Source: Vermamoeba vermiformis (Eukaryota). From it: 64,000 nucleotides of DNA. The notes under the pieces were generated by a model. It was not told the origin of the DNA. It saw only the letters and a program-made list of their open reading frames with translations, and ran no database searches. Shown here piece after piece: positions 48,928 to 60,997 of this stretch. Numbering within the stretch: position 1 is the stretch's first letter; the number at the start of each line of letters is the position of its first letter. A program made the translations under genes and the position numbers. The stretch is from assembly GCA_045837725.1 (NCBI GenBank), contig JBEWZL010000213.1, forward strand, positions 124,001-188,000, in the 5' to 3' direction.

Positions 48928-51448
48928 TTATTGAGTTTTCTTCGTTTGATTTGTTGAAGCAGGAGCTTTGCTAGTCTTAGCTTTGTTTCTTCGACAACAG
49001 CATTTGGTGATCACTTTGTACCAGAACAACACGCTCACAATTGACAGCACTGTCACCACTGGAATGGCGAATCTTCGTTTGCGCCACAAGAACATCAGTG
49101 CCACAAACGGATATTTGTTGACTAATTTCGAAGAAAATTCTTCCTCGCTGAAATAATCGAGTCCAGTGTAGGCCACACCTGATGGAAAGTTTTGTTCCCA
49201 AAATGCACAAGTCTCTTCTTTGTAGTGTTCGATCACTTTCAGTGCTGGTTCCAGTGACATTAATTTGCCTGTTGGTGCGTATATGGGCCACGCAGGGAGA
49301 TAAGCACCTCCTGGCTTGCCTAAAAAGGAAAAATACCAAAATAATTAGATCCGATCCAAAAAGAATAACAACTGTTATTCCGCTAATTAACGTAATAATA
49401 TAATAATATAATATTGCGTTCTTCAATTGGACGGTACTAGTTAATAAAAGAATTTTGGGATTTTTTGAAATTTAGCTTAGTAGTAGATCTACTACGTACC
49501 AGTTTTAGCAAATGTAGCAAAGTACGTAGCCACGCTATTGGCCAATCGTTTTTCTTGCTCGCTGTGCGACACTTTGCCGTACATTGCATCAGGACCAAAA
49601 GCGTACATGAGATCAATGCCGTGGTGTGCGCGGCGAGTGCTGTTTGGATCTGGAAAGTAGTTGAAGACGTAGCCGTATACAGGCTGTTGCTTAGATAGTG
49701 ACTTGATAAGCTGTTGCGTAGGGCATATGAAATAATAGTCGCTAACTAACGCTGCGTAGATCCAGTAGTACGGATCCGAAACATTACCTAAAAATCATGT
49801 CAGTTGAGTATTTTTGTACAATAATAGTATTTCATATTGTTATAATATATAGTGGTAATTTTTCTTACTAAATTGAGGGTTTTTCATTGAATATATGGTT
49901 AAAAGTTTGTCGATGGTGTCTTGTGTCAAAGTTTTCTCGTTAAATTTGATGAATTTTTGCATCATTTTCATGAATAATTCTTCGCTAATTGATTTTAACG
50001 GGAATCCTAGGGCTGAAAACAAAGTGCCCTCATCGGCAGTAGTTCCGATAAGAATTGGAATTTTCAAGTCATATTTGCCCTATCATCCTATTAGCTCATT
50101 ATATTATCATCTTAATATAAATATATGTCTTACATCAAAAAATATGCTCGAGGTCCATTTGAAATTCACGCCATCGTTGACTAAATAATTTGACTCCCGC
50201 CAAGTCGCGCCTAAACATTGCCACCGTAATTGACGATTAAATATCAATTCTTCTGCTGGCAGACTTCTTAAACACTCCATAATCTCATTACTATAATAGG
50301 TTAAAATTAGATAAATTTTCTGAGCAGATCTGGATCGTACTTTGTTTTTAGGTGATCGCATCCAACTTCTTTGACCATTTCTTCGCCAAATTGTTCAGCT
50401 TGCTCTAAATTGACTATAGTACTCGTAGGTGCTGAGCTTAATATAATAGCGTTCTTAAATACTGGCGGGTGTTCTTTGTTGGCTCGCAGATGCGCTAAAA
50501 TACTGTGCGCACCAGCTGATTCGCCCATAACAGTAATTCTATTTGGATCACCGTGAAATGCAGATATATATTTATAGACCCATGCTAAGGCTAGGCGCTG
50601 ATCGAGAAGACCAAAGTTTGTCGGATTCGACGGATCTTCTTCGGTCAATGCTTTGTGCGCAAAATAGCTCAATGCGTCCAATCTATAATTAAACGATACA
50701 ACGATCATATCTTCCTAAAAAGGAAATGTCATTCACTGAACGAAAAGAACCGCAAAGTAATCGATTTTTTACCTCTTTTACGTAATGAGTGGCATTAATG
50801 TAATGTTCGAGGCCTGAACTGAGCTTAAATCCACCGCCATGAATATAGACTAATACGGGTAACTTCTCTTTAAAGTCATAATAATTAAATGGTCGCCAAA
50901 TATTCAGTACTAAGCAATCTTCTTGTTGTGCAAGTCCGATCGTGGGTATTGACTGGATGCAGGCTATTTTTTTGTTCGCATGGAACAATTTAGACCAAGG
51001 CTTGGCTGGAATAGGTGCTTTGAAGCGATTGGGACCAACAGGAGGCTCGGCATAGCTGGATGTACTTGTTAGCGAAATTGAAAAGGTCACAGAGATGATC
51101 TAAACCGTTATTTATCAAGTTTAAAAATTATCAGCAATTTTTTTCGTTGTATTTGACTTTTAACAACGTGAAAATGTCGCGACATCCGGATAATAAAATT
51201 CCAAAAATAAATAGAATTTTCCATCTCATTATAATGGCACTGTACGTACGGAATTCCAACGTATTCGCGAATATCACCATTAATATGACCGACCACTGTT
51301 CCGAGGCCCTCAATCAACACTCCATCCGCCTATCAAATATTTTTTAAGATTCTCTTCTGAAATAGGCAATGATATTAAGCCTGCTTACATTACACCATTG
51401 AACCAAGCACAAAATAAATATAAAAGTGCAGAGTAACGTGCTCTTCAT
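48928..51448 (-). CDS. type-B carboxylesterase (CE3)
   Basis: EDCL, IHGGGF, GESAG, TADEG, AHHGID and a C-terminal TM followed by KCCCRR. Confidence 0.93.
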
Positions 51449-51491
51449 TTTGATAGAGCCAAGGAAATAATTAATGTTCAATTTTTCTGCA

Positions 51492-53791
51492 ATGACAACG
51501 ACAAGCCCGACCAAAAAGAGGCCATTGCTTGACGGAGATGGAGAATTGCCTATTAGTAAAAAACCAAAGCTTGAAAGTGATGGTAAGCGAAGATCTTGCT
51601 CAAAAAAAAAATAATGATCGATGAAAACAGTATTTGCCCAAGAATGAGAAAGGCAATATATAAATCGGACAAAATATTCTGTAATTATTATATTAAAATA
51701 TTGAACTTGATATTACGGTTGCATTGACGTTTATTTTTTTAAAAAAAGGCGGGATCGAAAATGAGACTGAGGAATGGCTCTGTATAGAAGAAAATACACA
51801 AGAGGCGGATGACAATATTCCAGAATATATTAAAACGAAAGAAATTGGCCCGAAAGAGAAGGAGCAACAGATCTGGCGACCGAAGCAGATCGATCCGAAA
51901 CAATTCTACAGCGAGCCGGACTTAAATTGGAAAATTAAACTTGCACGTCTATCACAGCCTCCAAATGATAAAGAAATGCAAAAGAGGTACTAAAACGATC
52001 TAATCTCTCGAGATCTATTTTTAACACGAACAATTATCAGTAACACTACCGTCTATCATATTGGACGCGTATTTTATAAGCAAGATGAAGCTTTCAAATA
52101 TTTGGATAGTCATTTCGACGCTAAAGTACTTCATGTATTCGCTTTTGAACAGGTAACGGATCCAGACCGAAAAATTCAAAACCATTTTCTAACTTGAATA
52201 AATTTAGGAATCATTTCATGGCGGTCGAAAATATTTAGTATGCACTTATAAAGATTTTTGGAAGCATTACAAACGCCTTCCTGACACCGAACGGCATTTT
52301 TACGAATTGATCCGTGAAGGTACACCTTGCTGCTTGTACCTTGATTTAGGTGAGTTGCAATGTACTATATGTCTTTATAGTATATTAACGATATTATAGA
52401 GTACAAAAAAGAGTTTAACAAAGAAATTGTTGCCGAAGAATTGGTTGACACTTTGATCCAGTACTTGTCAAGTGCAATCAAAGACTCGTTTCAGGTATAA
52501 TTACACTATATACTGCTATTATATATTAATTTATTTCATAAGATTGATGTCACGCGAGATTCTATTGTGGATCTGGACTCGTCCAGTGACGATAAATTTT
52601 CACGACATTTAATTTTTAAGTCAGTCGTCTTTAGAAACAATATCGTAAGTAATTAATACTATCCTATGTCTTATTATTCACTGATATGCTTTAGTATTGC
52701 GGTAATTTTGTGAAGTACATGTGCGGCAAGATCAACTTTGAATGTCAAACTAAACGACCAGAAGAACTATTACCAGGGCTCGAAAAGCTATTGGTAATGA
52801 ACGATAAGGGTAATAAGACTATATTTATAGACCCAGCTGTGTATTCACGGAATAGGTATGGAGATCCAGATCTACCGACTGAAAATTAACCTTGTCTTAT
52901 TTGCAGAATATTCCGCGTATATAGATCGAGTAAACTCGGAAAAAATACTCCGCTGATTGTTAGCCACGCGAATAAGTTCAAATATCAAAAGGAGACAGAA
53001 CTTTTTATGGCCTCGCTCGTGTGCACTATCGGAAACAAACCTGTCGACCAAACACTCGTATTCGATGATATATGTAAGTACCATATATTGCATTTTGAGC
53101 TTAGGTGAGCTGACTGAATTATTAGCGTCGCTGATCTATGGCAAGTTACCCGAATCCAACTCACCGAGCAAACGATCCACAGTATTAAAAGGCGATCGTT
53201 TGAATGAATTCGAACACTCTCCTTTCCCAGAAATCGATCTATTTGTTGCCAGCTCACTTAAACAACGAAAGGTAAGATAAACTTACCGTTTGGTTACTCG
53301 ATCTGATCCAAATTTTATCTAGGGAGGACGAGGTTACTTACGCAGTTGGATGTGCTTTAAAGAAGCGTTATTATTGGTATATAATATAGGCGGTAATCGT
53401 TTCTGCGAGAACATTAATCGCGAGCATAAGAGCAATCACATTATGCTCGTGGCGGACTTTGGGTTAAAAATCGTTTACCAAAAATGGTAATTATATAGCA
53501 AAATTATAGAATACCCTTACTAATTTCGAGTGAAGTCACGATCCAGACTGCCACGTGCAAAATTTCAAGGGATCCCCGACAATAATTCCTGAAGAGTTAA
53601 TTCCCGACGAAATTAAACAACAAATCGCCGAAGAAAATGCCAAGAATCATACCTCTAACAATAATGGCTCTTATTTCACCGAGAGCGACGAGAAATTTTG
53701 GGCTGAGCTCGATTGTGATGCGTTGTTCGACAAGCTACAACAACCAACGACTAATGCTGAAACTAGTGATGCTACGAATGAACTAAATTGA
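51492..53791 (+). CDS. PRIMPOL: DNA-directed primase/polymerase PrimPol
   Basis: HFYELIREGTPCCLYLDL|E (DxE), KFSRHLIF (SxH), IFIDPAVYSRNR and the UL52-type Zn finger RFCENINREHKSNH...YQKC|HDPDC. Confidence 0.94.
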
Positions 53792-54202
53792 AGTAAGCGA
53801 ATTCAAATGGATAAGAAGAAAAGGTATTTTGTGAGCGGTTCACAAACAGGAAACCTCGTGCACTGATTAATTAGCGGGAACATAATAGCACAGTACGTAC
53901 ATCATAATATAATCATTTAATATCGATATTAATGTATCATAAACAGACAGATTGCTAGCCGGATGAAATGATGGATCGGCGACAGGATCCAGAAATAGAG
54001 CAATCAGCTTGTAAAATGCAATGCATCTAACGCTATCAAACTCGTCAATATTGCTAGCATGACTTAGCAGTCAATTATAATTGAATAAAATAAACAGGTT
54101 AATTGGCCTGATTTGACATCTTGACACGTGTGCCAAAAAGATTGTGTTTGACACGGAATTGCATTTATTATTTATGTTGTATTATAGTTGTGAATAGTAA
54201 TA

Positions 54203-57200
54203 ATGGCTGATTTAGAATTTCCTTCGCCATTCGAGCCAAGCGAAGAAATAACCGAGGAAATATCTTTTGGTAAGGGAAGCTTTTATTTATCGGTTTACAG
54301 CAGTAATACAGCTTAATTTAATATTATTTATTCATTATGAAGTAGTAGTTTGCTAATTAAAATATTGCATTAATTTTTTGGAATTATTTCAGATCAAAAT
54401 GAAGTTAGTGGCAGACAACGAAGTTTAAATTCGTTTGCTAGCACAAATGGAGATATTAATGCGTTGAAATTTGCTGCAAGAGATATTAGATTAAGCTTGG
54501 CGAGCAGCGAGAGGAACACAGATGACTTGATCAACTTTTTGAGCAAGGAAATTGGAGATCAAGGAGTTGAATCCCATCTAAATCAAGAACAGTTACAAGA
54601 TGCTCTAAAAGACTTACAATTAGAAAATTCAATTAATTATAACTTCAATAACGGTAAGCTAAAGATCTAATTTCGATTTTACGAGCCGTTTAGCTTATTT
54701 GTTGGTCTGAAAATTAGAATAATATTTCATAGTGTTATGTAATGAGTTACGCGTATTATGTGACCAAAAATTAAGCGGATCTCGATCTTAACACAATTTC
54801 AATTTTCAAGTTTTGTCTCCTGCTCCTGATAACCTTATTTCAGCACAATCTAATAATTTAACGTACCTATAGTCGCCAAAGAGGATGCAGAGCCAAGACC
54901 AGCAGATCTCTCAGCCTCAACTTCGAACACAAGTTTATCCAGCGAATTTTCAGAGGCATCGAATAGTAGCAGCATGGTATTGCCGCCAATTACAACTCCA
55001 TTACCACCACCATTGAGCGCTGCTGATATCCCCGAGCATTCTCCATTTGAAATGATGTCGCCATTCGAACCGAGTGGATTGCAAGAGGAGATTCCACCGC
55101 CAAAAAAACTCAGCTTCAGCGACGCACCGTACTCATTGGATGAGTTCATTGACTCAAGCCCGTTCGAGCCTACAAAATATATCCCTCCATTGTCGCTTTC
55201 AAACCCTATCGACATCACCAGTGGCACGCAAAGTGACGGTCTGACCGAGGTTTCCAGTTCCTCAAACACAGCTGCAAATTTTTCTTCGAATGGACAACCA
55301 CTCAGCGCACCAAATAGCTACCCAGGCATGCCTATTCCGAACAATACTATCAATAATTTCGCAAATGCACAGCCGTCAAGTTCACCGCCAATCAGTGTCA
55401 TCAGCATGACCCAGGCACCGCGCAAATTCTCCGTGTTGAAAGAACTAGTGCCACTTTCGTCCTCTCCGCCAATAAGCGTCAAACAAAATCCGAAGAGTGC
55501 TCCTAATTCTCCGCGAAACGAAATTTCATCATCGAATGAACCTCTCACTAAACCGAGTGGCCGAAGCAACAGTTTGAACTCGACTTATGGATCAACTTCA
55601 ATCTCGTCCTCTAGCTCGATACCTAAAAAGGAAAGTGGTGGAAATTTATCGCCGCTTCATGAACACCGAGAAGAACTCATGGAAACAATAGTGGTGGATC
55701 AGAATCAAAGAAAGAGCGGTTGGGTGATGCATAGACCAGTAGCTAAAGATAATTATACCCTTGGTTCTCATCGCAAATCTACAGCTGTTGGTGCAAATAC
55801 TGTGGCTCAGCTGAACGCAGATGCGGTTCAACAAAGAATGACGGTCAAATTCACTGAACCATTAAAAGACAGCGGCGATAAAAATAGATGGCAACCGGTT
55901 GAAAAACATGAAGCTCCTAAAATTGGTCAAGAAGGTGTTCGAAAACAAAGAAAATCGTTATTGACGCGATCTACATCCGCAAGTTCTTTGCCGCGAAATT
56001 CCGTCTCAAGAGATGACAGTACTAATAACAACACTAATGTTGGAAACAAGAATCCGCGGAAAAATTCAAAAACAGAACCCACCAGTCCACTCCAAATTTC
56101 CAAGAGCGAATCCGTTATTCAAGATCCGGTTAGTAGCGGTCTAACTGCTGCACTTTCAGAAGCGGGTCTTATTGGCAGTCCTATTGAATCTAATAATAAC
56201 AATACTGAGCCTGAAGAAAAGACAAAGCCAAGAAGAAAATCTTTGATTGGAAAATTGACGCGAACCCTGTCTTCAACATTTAAGCCGTTAATTTCAACTG
56301 GCAAAGACAAAGAAAAAGATCCGTCTTCTACATCTCCTATCAATTCTGGCCCGAGTTCATTGAGCTCTTCGCCGACATCCACGATCAAGATCAGCGCACC
56401 ATCGGGCAATGAGAAGCGAAAGAAACGAGCTGCAAGTGATGCTCGTAACAAGAAGCCTACTTTGCCCGTGTCAAATGATCGAGACAGATCTCAAACTGTC
56501 GTGACCTTCAACGACATACAACGAAACGGAGCATATTCAGCGAACGGAATCTTCGGCATACCTTTAGATATCCTCTACCAGTAAGTACAAATCGACAGTA
56601 GCCGCCACCTATTCCTAATATGGTAATTACTTATGCTTAACAGACAAAACGATGGTGTTCCAGATTTGATCAATGTCTGCTGTGGCTACTTGGAACAAAA
56701 AGGTATGTACTGGCGACCTTAAACCACCCAAAATGGTTACTCATGTGTCTTTATGATAGCCCTTAATTTAGAAGGTCTATTCCGAATCAGTCCGACCATG
56801 ACTGAAGTAAATCAGTGGAAGACGGATCTGACATTCGAATCGATGCACAAATTGAACGATATTGATAACCCGCACTTAGTAGCATCATTACTGGTACGTC
56901 TAATTTGCGAAATAGGCTAATAATTAACAAATGCCCTTAGAAACAATTCTTCTTGGACCTGCCGGATCCGCTGTTTACCGACCAATTGTTCAAACAATTC
57001 CAAGATGCTACTGGTAAGTAGCGATTCTTCTTATGATTTCATGTACTAAAGGACTCGGTTAGATATCGAAAATGATACTATGAGGAAGATCAAACTCGAA
57101 GACTTGTTGAGCAAGTTGCCGGAAGCTAACTACGCAGTGTTAAGAGTGCTCATCACATTTTTACGTAAAGTCGCTCAACATTCACATGAAAATAAGATGG

Positions 57201-57424
57201 ACGCAAGGTAAATATATTGTTCTTATATATTATGGCATGTATTAACGGTCAACAGAAATTTGGGCTTAGTTCTTTCGCCCAGCATCTTGCGAAGAAAATC
57301 TGCCACGTTTGACGTTGCGGATCTGACCAAAGCAAAGCAACATTGGATGATAATTCATGACTTGATAGTTAACTATGATTTAATAAGCGATACTCCACCA
57401 AAAGATTATTTACCGGTGGATTAG
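54203..57424 (+). CDS. RhoGAP domain protein with a long Ser/Pro-rich N-terminus
   Basis: IFGIPL, VPDLINVC, EGLFRIS (Arg finger), LKQFFLDLPDPL, LPEANYAVL, NKMDAR|NLGLVLSPSIL. Confidence 0.92.
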
Positions 57425-57516
57425 TTTTAAGATCCGAAATAGATCAACCTTGTACCATAGCAAACAATTCAGTCTTGAATAAATTTATTTATTGTACATT
57501 TGAGCAACATTATTAT

Positions 57517-58477
57517 TTACAATTTAGACTTAATATTGTCGAAAATAATCTGGCCAATGTGGTCATAACCTTCTTTAGTAAAATGCACGCCGTCGTCCCA
57601 GTACTTGTCTCGATCTTCTTTATTCAACGAGAAATATGGCAATAATACGGCAAGGTCAATATGGTTGTTGGGATATAGCTCACTAATACAAATTAATACT
57701 GGTCTTGTTTAACTTCCGTTGCTTACCGGATGCAGTTGTTTAGGGCGGTCCACTGTGGCTTAATAAATGCATCCATTTCGCCCTAATAATATTAATGATA
57801 TAAATTCATATTTTCGTAGTAATTGCAGTATTAAATGCTTACAGAGTCGTCCAAACCTGTTGAAAAAACTTGTTAGATCTGGATGTTAAATAGCTCTATT
57901 TCTATTTACTTACAAACCTCGGGAACGGTAACTGAAAAAGTCTTAATTCCATATTCATTCGCTAATTTATGAATTGCTGCAATATTGTCGAGAATTTTCT
58001 TAGTGTCAAATCGATGATACAAATCATTCGTTCCTAATCGTAAGAATTAATATAAATAAATATAATTCTTATGATATGCATACCTCCTAATACTACCATA
58101 TGCGTAAATTGTCGTTTTTCGACCTTGACCATTTTTTGCAAACGATACAGCATCTGACTCGTCAATTCGCCGCTAATGCCAGCATTTGTTACTTGAACGC
58201 GGGATTGTGGAAACGCAGATGTGAGTAATCTAGTTAACACCTGAGTATATGGATGGAAGTGCATGCCCCCAAGCGTAAAACCTTCGGTTAAACTGTCACC
58301 TGCATCCAAAAATTAATTAAAAATTACCAAAAATTATATTTGCAATTTTAATTTTGTTGCACATAGCCAATTTTCCTCTATAATTGAACCATAGGCCATA
58401 AATAAAAAGGGCGGGATTTCCTCAAGTTGGATGTACCCTGACTTACCTAAAGCTAAAAGACGGATTTTTGCGAGCAT
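57517..58477 (-). CDS. SGNH/GDSL hydrolase
   Basis: LALG|DSLTEG, NAGISGE, LGG|TND and DDGVHFTKEGY. Confidence 0.92.
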
Positions 58478-58709
58478 AGTGCTATCACTATTTGTATTGT
58501 CACTCATTTACTGATAATTCGCAATCGAATGTGTTCGAGTTTGCGAGTAGCCGTTTTAAATTAAAAGGAGGCTTTATTTGACTTAGAAACCAAACAATAA
58601 CATAATAAGAGCTATAATTATGATAAAATAATATTTAGAACAAGGAGTATGCATATTATTTAAGCGGTGGAATGATTAGCACGCAAACCTCCTAATCTGC
58701 TGAGCAAAT

Positions 58710-59314
58710 CTAGAGCTTGCTGCGGATGTCAATCTTCTTGGCCTTTTCTTTCTCGGGAATAGGCACTACCACGGTCAATACACCGTTGTCGAGCGACGCT
58801 TTAATGTCTCCTGTTTGAACAGCAGCTGGGATCGAGAAAGAGCGGCTGAATTTGCCAGAGAAGCGTTCAGAATAGACTTTTTCACCTTCCTTGGGCTTCT
58901 CAATAGTCTTTTCTCCGCTAATAGTAAGAATGCCCTCGTGCACCTATTTAATTAAAAAAGATTCGTCAGATTAGGGAAATTATTTTGATCCAAATAATTT
59001 AGCCTTGCTTCAATATTATATTAATTTCATATATTATCCTTCAACAATATTTTCAGTATTTAATCTAATAATTAAATTTCTAAGGCAGCACTAGCAAGAT
59101 GCGTGACGTCACCACAGATGTATTTTCTTACCTCGACGTTCAACTGCTTAGAGGACACGCCAGGAACTTCTGCATGGATGGTTATCTCTTTTTCGTTCTG
59201 TTTGAAGTCTACTTTAGGTCTCCAAACTCCGTCAGGCAAATCCAGCGAAGCCACGCGCAAACGAGGGAAACCTTTCGTCAACAATTCGAATGGATCCGAC
59301 CATAAACTACTCAT
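58710..59314 (-). CDS. small heat-shock protein (HSP20 / alpha-crystallin), 2 exons
   Basis: WRPKVDFKQ...AEVPGV|...ILTISGE...ERFSGKFSRSF...ASLDNGVLTVVVP. Confidence 0.95.
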
Positions 59315-59638
59315 TTGCAGTTAGTGGTTGTAGCTACGTCGAGTAGAACTACCAGGTAAGCTGTGTTTGTTCGATCTGAAATTTGATGAAAATGAATGCA
59401 CTAGCAAAAACGAGAAATTAATATTTTGGATCCGCGTGATTCACTGAACGATGAATTTTCTCTACCTTCTAGTATCAGTCACAATGATGCGGGCATATTC
59501 CATCTGTGCCTATCCGAATCAATTTTCGTGTACTGAAATTCAATTTTTCGCCGGCAATGTCCATTTTTAACAAAACGAGCTCCGAACACTATAATAGCAA
59601 GATTATTAATATTGACTATTGCAATATAGATTTCAGTA

Positions 59639-60417
59639 ATGACCGAACAAACGAGGTTGAAAGTGGTAGTTACGGGAGATCCAGGTGTTGGCAAAACAAC
59701 GTTAACTCTTCGATACCTAAACAACCAATTCGTGGAAGAATATGTGCCTAATGTATATGATACCTTTAGTAAGTCAAGACTAACGATTTTAAAATTAGTC
59801 AAGTTACGTAAATTTAAAATAACGTGTTGCTTCTGTAGGTATTGAAAAAGTCATAGATGGCCAAAATTATTTCATAGAAATTATTGACGCAGCAGGAGGG
59901 GAAGATTACGATAAGTAAGCAAATTAAATTTCGGGATGCCGACTTCATAAATGAACCAAAAGAACGCCTTAAACCAAAACCGTACAATAATTCCTGTGTT
60001 ACGTATTGTCACATTTATTTAGGTCTAATTGTACTTTATAGGTTACGACCGCTCTCGTACGGTGGCACATCTGCATTTTTACTGCTGTTCTCGATCGTCA
60101 AACCAGAAACTTTAAACAGCGTGCGAACAAAGTGGAAACCTGAATTCGACCAACACGCTCCTAATACTCCTATCATTTTGGTCGGAGCCAAAGTGGATTT
60201 GCGAGACAAACCGGATGTTCTTCAGAATCTCGAAAAGAAAGGTCAAAAACCGGTAACGCGCGAACAAGCCGATGCAATGAAGAAGGAAATAGGAGCACTA
60301 GCCTATATTGAGACATCTGCTTTGACTGGTGCAAATGTTCCAGATGCATTTGAAGAGTTCATCAAATCCACTAACAGGCCACGAGAGGATCCAAAAAGCC
60401 GCTGCGTCATTTCTTAA
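59639..60417 (+). CDS. Rho/Rac-family small GTPase, atypical, 3 exons
   Basis: GDPGVGKT, YVPNVYD, DAAGGEDYD|KLRPLSY, GAKVDLR, a Rho insert, ETSAL and CAAX CVIS. Confidence 0.93.
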
Positions 60418-60997
60418 GCTGCTCATCCATTTAAGGTATTGTACTATTACGCTATAAATAGACTGGTTAAATTATAACTCTGAAGTTAATTACGGATGTG
60501 GTCCACTTAACGACACCATGTTCACGTTAAATTTCTTTAATTTCATTAGCATATTATTTCCTTAGCATCCTTAATTCATTGCATAATTTTAAACCGTCAC
60601 CAATCGCATTTTGAATGATTGCGTTCTAATTGCGCAAATTTATGCATCCGCAAATACAGACGGAATTAACGGTTTGATTTGGTTAGAAATTGTTTCTTAT
60701 TACTAGACAATCATTAGTAATAGGCATCATAAGAAGCGCTAGTAAGCAGCGTTTGAGTTTGACACAAACCAAATTGTTTCCTTTTATGGAAATGTCGCAC
60801 ACAGACAAACGAGATTATGCGTCTCGTGCAACACGAAACGGGGTTTGTTTTCTTATGTAACACGAGCGAGTATTTCAAACGCCTATTTAAACAAGAATAC
60901 ACAACGTAAGACCAGATCGCCAAAAGTTTTTTGTTACTAATCGATTTGTATTCGTGCAGGATTATGCGCTGTCCCATATACAAGAAAATATAGCAAC

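Noticed and set aside
59340..59480. Heat-shock elements upstream of HSP20
   Set aside because: Only isolated GAA/TTC units are present, with no three contiguous inverted nGAAn repeats.
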